Shown here: piece by piece, positions 57,554 to 64,000 of the stretch | Layout: the number at the start of each line of letters is the position of its first letter | Position numbering within the stretch: position 1 is the first letter of the stretch | DNA from: an uncultured Lachnospiraceae bacterium | GTDB taxonomy: Bacteria > Bacillota > Clostridia > Christensenellales > UBA1242 | DNA: 64,000 bases | Assembly: GCA_964393975.1 (NCBI GenBank) | Contig: CAYMVO010000001.1 | Coordinates: 74,537 to 138,536, forward strand | Direction of reading: 5' to 3' | Made by a program: the position numbers and the translations under genes | Notes under the pieces: generated by a model | What the model saw: the letters and a program-made list of their open reading frames with translations, nothing else | Database searches by the model: none | Told to the model about the DNA's origin: nothing

Positions 57554-58658
57554 TTATGTCTCCAAATAAATCAGCGTCATCAGCTTGGATCTCTGAAATT
57601 TCCTCAGTTTGCTTTTCCTTAATGCTTGTCTCACTCTTAACATCCATCTTCCAACCAGTTAATTTTACAGCAAGTCTCACATTTAAGCCGTCTCTACCAA
57701 TAGCAAGAGATAATTTATCGTCTGGTACAACAACCAAACTACTCTTAGCTAACTCATCGATAGCAACCGAAATAACTTTAGCTGGGCTAAGCGCATTAGC
57801 GATATAAATACTAGGATCATCACTATAAGGAATAATATCAATTTTTTCACCATTGATTTCACTCACAATAGAGTTTACTCTAGAACCCTTATTACCAACA
57901 CAAGCACCAACAGGATCGCATTGAGGATTTGTAGAACTAACGGCGATCTTCGTTCTATAACCTGCCTCACGAGCAATCCCTTTTATAACGACATCGCCAT
58001 TTTGTATTTCAGGAACATCCAACTCAAACAATCGCTTTACAAAATTAGGGTTTGTTCTAGACACTTGTATTTGTGTACCTCTCGTAGACTCTACTATCTT
58101 GCGAACATACACTTTGATACGAGAACCAACAGTAAGCTTCTCACCTGGAATAACTTCTTTCTCATTAAGCACGCCTTCCGCATCCATACCACCCATATTT
58201 AAATAATAAGCGCCGTTTTCTTCACGCATAATAATTGCACTGATAAGCGTCCCTTCTTTATCCGACAAAATACTATACTCTTGTGCTCTAGTAGCCTCTT
58301 TAAGCTTTTGCATGATAACATGTTTAACAGTTTGCGCTAAAATACGTCCAAACTCCTTAGTGCTCTCCTCTTGACTGATAATATCACCGACCTTATAAGT
58401 CCTCTTGATTTTCTTAGCATCTGCCAAACTAATTTCTTTATCAGTATCAACAACCTCATCAACAATAGTCTTGTAACTGTATATCCTAATCATATTTTTC
58501 TCAGGAAACAACTTAACATCCGCAGACTTTGCTTCACCATAAGTCTTTTTATAAGCAGCAGTCAAACCAGTCTTTAACGCCTCAATAAAATATTCTTTCT
58601 TAATGTTTTTCTCTTTTTCCAAAGCATCTAGTGCTGCAAAAAACTCTTTACTAACCAT
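57546..58658 (-). CDS. nusA: Transcription termination/antitermination factor NusA
   Basis: N-terminal domain, S1 and two KH domains (RTKIAVSSTNPQCDPVGACVGNKGSRV, AIGRDGLNVRLA). Confidence 0.95.
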   Translation of the reverse strand: MVSKEFFAALDALEKEKNIKKEYFIEALKTGLTAAYKKTYGEAKSADVKLFPEKNMIRIYSYKTIVDEVVDTDKEISLADAKKIKRTYKVGDIISQEESTKEFGRILAQTVKHVIMQKLKEATRAQEYSILSDKEGTLISAIIMREENGAYYLNMGGMDAEGVLNEKEVIPGEKLTVGSRIKVYVRKIVESTRGTQIQVSRTNPNFVKRLFELDVPEIQNGDVVIKGIAREAGYRTKIAVSSTNPQCDPVGACVGNKGSRVNSIVSEINGEKIDIIPYSDDPSIYIANALSPAKVISVAIDELAKSSLVVVPDDKLSLAIGRDGLNVRLAVKLTGWKMDVKSETSIKEKQTEEISEIQADDADLFGDISD

Positions 58659-58677
58659 TTTTAAAAATCCTTTTTAC

Positions 58678-59139
58678 TTAAAATTCCAATTTTGGGATAC
58701 AAACCGCAATCTTGTCGACCTCTAAATCAACATTCTCACCATCTTCATCCAATGTTAAAATCTCATCAGTAGCGTTTATAATCTTGCCACAATGCAACTT
58801 TTTACCCTTGTATGGTGAATAAAACTTTATCTCTACCTCAGTACCGATTTTCCTCAGAAAATCTTTTGTTGTCCTAAGTGGTCTATCCAACCCACAAGAA
58901 CTCACATTTAGTATATATGACACGCCCTCAGTCGGATCAAGCTCATCCAGTGGTGCATCAATAGCGGTATGCAATTTCTCGCATAATTCTAAATCAACTC
59001 CCTCAGGTTTATCAATGTACACAGTCAAATTGTACCCATTAACTTTTTTAGCATACTCAATCTCAACGACTTCCACACCAATCTCGCTCGCTTTTTCTTC
59101 TATAAGCGGAGTAACCAATTGCACTACTTTACTAGCCAT
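58678..59139 (-). CDS. rimP: Ribosome maturation factor RimP
   Basis: VEIEYAKKVNGYNLTVYIDKPEGVDLELCEKLH...LNVSSCGLDRPL pattern. First gene of the nusA-infB operon. Confidence 0.9.
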   Translation of the reverse strand: MASKVVQLVTPLIEEKASEIGVEVVEIEYAKKVNGYNLTVYIDKPEGVDLELCEKLHTAIDAPLDELDPTEGVSYILNVSSCGLDRPLRTTKDFLRKIGTEVEIKFYSPYKGKKLHCGKIINATDEILTLDEDGENVDLEVDKIAVCIPKLEF

Positions 59140-59159
59140 AAAATGCTCCTTTTTAAAAT

Positions 59160-59189
59160 TTTAGAGCGGACACCAAAGTCCACTCTAAA
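59160..59189 (-). promoter_or_regulatory. Leader hairpin in the rimP-nusA 5' UTR (possible attenuator)
   Basis: On the minus strand: TTTAGAGTGGAC-TTTGGT-GTCCGCTCTAAA (12 bp, one G-U), followed by ATTTTAAAAAGGAGC. It ends about 20 nt before the rimP ATG. Confidence 0.45.
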
Positions 59190-59215
59190 GTTAAAAACAA
59201 TATTTAACTGTCTAT

Positions 59216-59244
59216 ATAATAACACATAGACCAATAAAAAGCAA
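59216..59244 (-). promoter_or_regulatory. Sigma-A promoter for the rimP-nusA-infB operon
   Basis: On the minus strand: TTGCTT (59244-59239), 17-nt spacer, TATTAT (59221-59216). Confidence 0.5.
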
Positions 59245-59283
59245 CTATTTTTATAAAAAAGTTGAAATTTATTCATAAAAAAA

Positions 59284-59553
59284 CCGTAAATGATCTTACT
59301 GGCTACACTACATCCAAGTGTTATCCCTAGTCAATGCTCCACCAAAGTTACTTATGGCACATCAAAAACAATTGATTAATGTTGCTACATTCCTGTCCTC
59401 ACATGGTTCTCAACGCTTGATTGCATAAGGCCCTGACTTCAACACACGTACTAAGGTAACTTAAACCCACAAATAGGTATCGCGTAAGACCTTTTAACCC
59501 TGCTATAGCGGATTGCAGGTTACAGAGCACCGCTACCCCTCCATCCATTACGG
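59284..59553 (-). ncRNA. ffs: Signal recognition particle RNA, long Bacillus-type (scRNA with Alu domain)
   Basis: The minus strand reads GGAGGGGTAGCGGTGCTCTGTAACCTGCAATCCGCTATAGCAGGG. This nearly matches the B. subtilis scRNA Alu-domain sequence as I recall it. The domain IV motif is GAACCATGTGAGGACAGGAATGTAGCAAC with a GGAA tetraloop. The terminal helix CCGTAATGGATGG / CCAGTAAGATCATTTACGG is followed by T7. Confidence 0.85.
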
Positions 59554-59560
59554 TAACATT

Positions 59561-59589
59561 ATTATAATATAACTAAATACAAAAATCAA
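59561..59589 (-). promoter_or_regulatory. Sigma-A promoter for SRP RNA
   Basis: On the minus strand: TTGATT (59589-59584), 17-nt spacer, TATAAT (59566-59561), 7 nt before the RNA 5' end. Confidence 0.6.
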
Positions 59590-59596
59590 CTACTTT

Positions 59597-60841
59597 TTAT
59601 AAATTTAATAGTTTATCACTACACCTTTTAAAATTTTCAAGTATGGTATCAGCATCTTCCGACAAAAAGTACTCGCCACTTTCATATAAAATTTTGCCAT
59701 TTACCATAGTAAGATATACATCCTTACTATTTGCTGAATACACAAAACTTTGTGCTAAATTATTTAAAGGTTGATAGTTTGGTTCACTCAAATCCACCAA
59801 AATCAAGTCCGCCAAATACCCCACCTTTATCTCACCAAGATTATCATATCCCAACGCCTTAGCGCCGTTAACAGTAGCAAATCTAACCGCCTCATTTCCT
59901 TCAATTGCTGTAGGTTCGTGCAAAACGCCTTTTTGCAAAACGGAAGCAAGATACATCTCATTAAACATATCAAGTCTGTTATTACTGCCAGCGCTATCTG
60001 TTCCAAGACAAACATTCACACCTTTTTTATTTAAACTATAAAGACTAGCAATTCCACTACCTAGTTTAAGGTTGCTAGCAGGATTTGACGCTATCGATAC
60101 ATTATTATCTAATAGTATTTGAATATCATCATCATCTAAATGTACACAATGGGCACAAATACACGGTCTAGTAAACAAGCCATAATCATCTAAATACGCA
60201 ATAGGTGTCATATTATGCTTTGCCACACAATCACCCACCTCTTTTAACGTTTCAGCAGTATGAACGGTAATACTTGTGTTGTATTTATGAGCGAGTTCTA
60301 CTACATTTTTTACATCTTCTTCCGTTGTTGTATATACGGAATGTAGTCCTATAAAAATCTTAAACATATCGCTTGTCTTATAATCTCTAAAATAAGCATC
60401 ATAATCAGCAAGCGTGTTTCCTCCACAAGCACAAAGGCGAAAACCAGACTTTACAAATGTGTCATAGCGTGCTTTCATATTGAAATACATATCAAGACAG
60501 CAAGTTACACCTCCGCGGACATACTCTTTTATACTCTGCATATTACTCCAGTAATAGTCCTCATAGGTCATTCTTTCTTCAATAGGCATTATACTACCAA
60601 ATAGCCATGTCTCAAGATCAGTATCATCTGATATACCCCTCATATATGTCATTCCACTATGAGCGTGCGTGTCTATAAGCCCAGGCATAAGCAAATTACC
60701 TTTAACATCTATTTCCCTATCAAACAAGCCACCTTTTTTGCTATCACCCACATAAGTAATTATATTATCTTCCACCCACACTTCCCCACAAATCAATTCG
60801 CTAGGAGTCAATATGCGTGCATTGTAAAATCTATACTTCAT
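59597..60841 (-). CDS. Amidohydrolase-family deaminase (MtaD / 5-methylthioadenosine-S-adenosylhomocysteine deaminase-like)
   Basis: Metal motif GLIDTHAHSGMTYMRGISDD..LETWL, plus HTAE, HCVH and GTDS motifs in the usual order of the ATZ/TRZ/MtaD subgroup. Confidence 0.7.
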   Translation of the reverse strand: MKYRFYNARILTPSELICGEVWVEDNIITYVGDSKKGGLFDREIDVKGNLLMPGLIDTHAHSGMTYMRGISDDTDLETWLFGSIMPIEERMTYEDYYWSNMQSIKEYVRGGVTCCLDMYFNMKARYDTFVKSGFRLCACGGNTLADYDAYFRDYKTSDMFKIFIGLHSVYTTTEEDVKNVVELAHKYNTSITVHTAETLKEVGDCVAKHNMTPIAYLDDYGLFTRPCICAHCVHLDDDDIQILLDNNVSIASNPASNLKLGSGIASLYSLNKKGVNVCLGTDSAGSNNRLDMFNEMYLASVLQKGVLHEPTAIEGNEAVRFATVNGAKALGYDNLGEIKVGYLADLILVDLSEPNYQPLNNLAQSFVYSANSKDVYLTMVNGKILYESGEYFLSEDADTILENFKRCSDKLLNL

Positions 60842-61694
60842 CTGATTTCACAACCTCCCTCATAAAATTTATAATATCCTTTTTCAATTCTTCATCTTTT
60901 AAACTCGCAAAAATATTCGCTTTGATAAAGCCCAATTTACTCCCCGTATCAAATCTAACGCCATCACCCACAATACCATTAAGACCTCTAATTTTTGACA
61001 ATTTATTTAAACAATCAATAAAATTAATTTCTTCGCAAGCACCTCTAAAACATTCAATACACTCAAAGATCTCTGGAGTCATAACATATCTGCCAATATT
61101 TGCGAACAAACTAGGTGGATTTTGCATAGGTTTTTCTACAAAACCTTTTAATGATAATGTATTTGATTCATAATCAATATCAGCTATTCCATACAGTTTT
61201 GTTTCTTTAGGTGAAACTTCGCTTAGTGCCACACATGATATGCCATATTCCTCATAACACTCTATAAGTTGCATAGTAAGAGATTTTTCACCAAAAAACA
61301 CTTCATCCCCTACGCAAAGCACAAATGCATCATCCCCAACAAAACCTCTAGACAAACTCACCGCATCAGCAAACCCCAAAGGTTCTTTTTGAATCATATA
61401 ACTTATCTTAGCATATTTGTCTTGATTGGTAACCAAATCAAATAGTACTTTGTTTTTGTTTTTGAGATTCAACTCAACCTCGACATTTCTATCAAAATGT
61501 CTTAGTATAGACTCTTTTCCTCTACTAATTATCATACAAATTTGTTCGATACCAGCCTCGCTTAATTCCTTTACTAAAATCTCCAAAATTGGAGTATTAA
61601 TAATAGGAAAAAGTTCCTTAGGTACCGCCTTTGTTGCTGGCAAAAATCTTGTGCCAAATCCCGCCACAGCAATAACTGCTTTTTTAATCTGCAT
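60831..61694 (-). CDS. galU: UTP--glucose-1-phosphate uridylyltransferase
   Basis: KAVIAVAGFGTRFLPATKAVPKELFPI signature, EKP and VGRY-like (NIGRYVMTPEIF) motifs. The ATG at 61694 follows GAGGTGG. Confidence 0.9.
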   Translation of the reverse strand: MQIKKAVIAVAGFGTRFLPATKAVPKELFPIINTPILEILVKELSEAGIEQICMIISRGKESILRHFDRNVEVELNLKNKNKVLFDLVTNQDKYAKISYMIQKEPLGFADAVSLSRGFVGDDAFVLCVGDEVFFGEKSLTMQLIECYEEYGISCVALSEVSPKETKLYGIADIDYESNTLSLKGFVEKPMQNPPSLFANIGRYVMTPEIFECIECFRGACEEINFIDCLNKLSKIRGLNGIVGDGVRFDTGSKLGFIKANIFASLKDEELKKDIINFMREVVKSDEV

Positions 61695-61788
61695 CAAATC
61701 CACCTCAAAAATAATTTAATCATAAACGCTCAAAAATATCTACTTTTTTACCCGTTCACAATATGTTACTTTATATGCAGTAGTATTA

Positions 61789-62472
61789 TTATTTGCCTAT
61801 AAACTTAGAAATATTAAAAAATTTCCAAGGCAACTCTTCTTCAGGTGGATAAGAAATAAATGTCATTGTCTTTTTTAATGTTGGGTGTTCAAATGTAAGT
61901 TTGTACGCCCAAAGAGCTAGCTTGCCTTTATGCTTACTGCCATACTTTACATCTGCAAACACAGGATTACCTATAGTACTCATTTGCACCCTTATTTGAT
62001 GCGAGCGCCCCGTTATCAAATCTATATCCACAAGGCTCACTTTCTTCTCAGCATCTGACAAAACATTGTATCTTAAAACTGCTTCTTTGGCACCCTCTTC
62101 CAGCATAGGTACCACCTTCACTATATTAAGGTCATTATTTTTCTTTAGATAGTGCGTTAATTGACCAAACCGCTCTCTAGGAACACCTTCAACCACAGCA
62201 AAATACTTTTTATGCATTACACCCTCTTTGATTTGCTCGCTCAATCTACTAGCACATTTGGAAGTCTTCGCAAAAACCATAACTCCACCGGTCGGTCTAT
62301 CCAGCCTGTGCACTAGTCCAACATATACATTACCTTCCTTATGATATGTTTCCTTAATGTATTTTTTTACTTGAGATAGCATACTTTCATCTTCGGTGAC
62401 ATCCTCTTGACTAGGTATATTTTGTGGCTTAACCACCACTATCAAATGGTTATCCTCGTATAAAATATCCAT
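61789..62472 (-). CDS. RluA-family pseudouridine synthase (no S4 domain)
   Basis: Catalytic motif HRLDRPTGGVMVFAKT and GRSHQIRVQM. Its start overlaps the ileS stop (TAATG). Confidence 0.85.
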   Translation of the reverse strand: MDILYEDNHLIVVVKPQNIPSQEDVTEDESMLSQVKKYIKETYHKEGNVYVGLVHRLDRPTGGVMVFAKTSKCASRLSEQIKEGVMHKKYFAVVEGVPRERFGQLTHYLKKNNDLNIVKVVPMLEEGAKEAVLRYNVLSDAEKKVSLVDIDLITGRSHQIRVQMSTIGNPVFADVKYGSKHKGKLALWAYKLTFEHPTLKKTMTFISYPPEEELPWKFFNISKFIGK

Positions 62473-64000
62473 TATTTGTTCACTTCCTTTAATTTTATAA
62501 CTATATGGCTATCATCTAAATCAAACTCTTTACTTGCAGTAAAATCGGTCAAATCGGTAATTTCAAAAGCTAAAACCTCTTGTTTTATCTTCTCCCCAAA
62601 CATTTTTACCATTTTAGTAATTACTTCACTATTTGTTTCAATACTTAAAACAATTCTTTGTTCAATCAAATAACCACTTTCTTTTCTAAGCACTTGAATT
62701 TGTCTTATAAGCTCCCTACTCAAACCTTCTAGCATTAAGTTTTCATCAATAGTAACATCTAGTGCAATGGTTAAATTATTTTCAGTAGCGACAACAAACT
62801 CATCTTTTGGCTTATAGTTTAGTACAAGTAAATCACTATTTAGTTTGTAGTCTCCTATCTCCACCTCTCCGTTACTGTAATCATTTACTAGTTTAGCCAT
62901 TTGTGCGCTATCAGCATCAACAAGTAATTGTTTTACTTTTTGGACATCGCCCTTAAGCACAGCACCAGCTTTCCTAAAATCAAGCGTCAAATAAGCATTG
63001 TTATATTTTGTTGTATCTGCCTCAAAAACTATTTCTTTGATATTGAGTTCTTCTTTTATTATTGATAAATAGTCCGCTACTACACTCTTTATTGATTCAT
63101 CACCTGTATAAAACAAAGTCTTAAGAGGTTGCTTTACTTTGATTTGGTTTTCATTTCTCAATCTTTGTGCTAATGTGATAATATTCCTTACAACCACTGC
63201 ATTTGCCACCAACGTATCGTCGTCAATATCATAAGTATTTATCGCAAACCCGCTGAGCATCACACTTTCCTTTTCATTTGGTTCGTATATCCTCACTGAC
63301 TCTTGCCACATATACTCAGTAATAAATGGAATAATAGGCGCCATTACTTTCATCATGTTTTTAAGTGCATAATAAAGACTAAAATATGCATTTAGTTTAT
63401 CTTCATTATCTTCAGATTTCCAAAATCTTCTTCGGTTAATTCTAATATACCAGTTTGTTAAATCATCTGTGTATTTTTCAAATTCTTCTACGACCTTGAA
63501 ATACGCATTGTTTTCATAACTTTCTGTTGCAAAATCTATAAATTTATTGGTCCTTTCTATGAGCCATTTATCCGTAATATTCAAAGTCTCTTTTTTAGGA
63601 TTATAACCATCTAGTTTTGGTTTATCAATGCTAGCATAAGTATCAAAAAACACAAAAGCATTCCAAAGCCCCATAATTTTTCTTCTTGCGTCCTCGCATA
63701 CCGACATACCAAATCTTGTATCGTTTTGCATATTATTACCCGCAAAAACATACCTAATCACATCTGCACCGACTTGCTCTACTATCACATTGAAATCAAT
63801 ATTATTAGGACCAGATTTACTAAATTTACTACCATCTTCCGCAACTAACGTTGCAAAACCGATTACTTTCTTATAAGGTGCTTTTTCTTCTAATACAACC
63901 GACATAAACAATATAGAATAGAACCAAAGTCTAATCTGCTCTTTCATCTCTATAACGCAATCTATAGGGAAATTTTTACGCCAAAACTCTTTATCAGTAA
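62472..64000 (-). CDS. ileS: Isoleucine--tRNA ligase, C-terminal part (gene continues beyond the window)
   Basis: KMSKS-type loop (GSKFSKSG) and an anticodon-binding domain (DKWLIERTNKFI, YIRINRRRFW). The reading frame stays open upstream of the listed Met to base 64000 (...FPIDCVIEMKEQIRLWFYS). Confidence 0.9.
   Translation of the reverse strand, partial: TDKEFWRKNFPIDCVIEMKEQIRLWFYSILFMSVVLEEKAPYKKVIGFATLVAEDGSKFSKSGPNNIDFNVIVEQVGADVIRYVFAGNNMQNDTRFGMSVCEDARRKIMGLWNAFVFFDTYASIDKPKLDGYNPKKETLNITDKWLIERTNKFIDFATESYENNAYFKVVEEFEKYTDDLTNWYIRINRRRFWKSEDNEDKLNAYFSLYYALKNMMKVMAPIIPFITEYMWQESVRIYEPNEKESVMLSGFAINTYDIDDDTLVANAVVVRNIITLAQRLRNENQIKVKQPLKTLFYTGDESIKSVVADYLSIIKEELNIKEIVFEADTTKYNNAYLTLDFRKAGAVLKGDVQKVKQLLVDADSAQMAKLVNDYSNGEVEIGDYKLNSDLLVLNYKPKDEFVVATENNLTIALDVTIDENLMLEGLSRELIRQIQVLRKESGYLIEQRIVLSIETNSEVITKMVKMFGEKIKQEVLAFEITDLTDFTASKEFDLDDSHIVIKLKEVNK

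Noticed and set aside
1-64000. Search for CRISPR arrays, transposases/integrases, phage genes, restriction-modification, toxin-antitoxin pairs, reverse transcriptases or other defence-island hallmarks
   Set aside because: None seen on either strand. Every ORF over 100 aa outside the listed hypotheticals has a housekeeping or sporulation identity, and there are no direct-repeat arrays or terminal inverted repeats.

Overview
A 64 kb, roughly 30% GC segment of an endospore-forming Firmicute (Clostridia-like). It is almost entirely core housekeeping and sporulation genes, about 70 of which are co-oriented on the minus strand. All protein calls come from reading motifs in the supplied translations; no database search was run. 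Conserved blocks, by coordinate: rny, thiI-nifS, pheST with a Phe T-box leader, yunB, spoVAC-AD-AEb, rubrerythrin, rarA, RNase P RNA, hemZ-like/recJ, secDF, an S1-like protein, plsC-cmk-rluB, dacB, ytfJ/ytfI, scpAB, a second dacB, spoIIM-like, spoIVB, recN, argR with three ARG-box-like operators, xseAB, nusB, asp23, the full spoIIIAA-AH operon, efp, an endonuclease IV-like gene, the rimP-nusA-ylxR-ylxQ-infB-rbfA-nrnA-truB operon, a Bacillus-type SRP RNA, an mtaD-like amidohydrolase, galU, an RluA-family synthase and the 3' part of ileS. RNA genes found: tRNA-Trp(CCA), RNase P RNA and SRP RNA. I found no CRISPR array, transposase, integrase, restriction-modification, toxin-antitoxin or other recognisable defence or mobile module. 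The only accessory-looking stretch is 1-6.3 kb. It holds a DUF45 metallopeptidase divergent from a 3-gene operon: a PadR-type wHTH protein fused to a long polar tether and 4-5 TM helices, followed by an ABC-2 exporter. It is followed by rnhA, tRNA-Trp and an unexplained GC-rich structured element of about 90 nt. That membrane-tethered PadR/ABC module is the best candidate for something undescribed, but it is a modest one. Other loose ends are four orphan envelope proteins (an Asn-rich lipoprotein, a 457-aa and a 455-aa membrane-anchored protein, and a Cys-rich DUF21-like protein) and a hairpin in the rimP-nusA leader. I do not see strong evidence for a dramatic novel system here.
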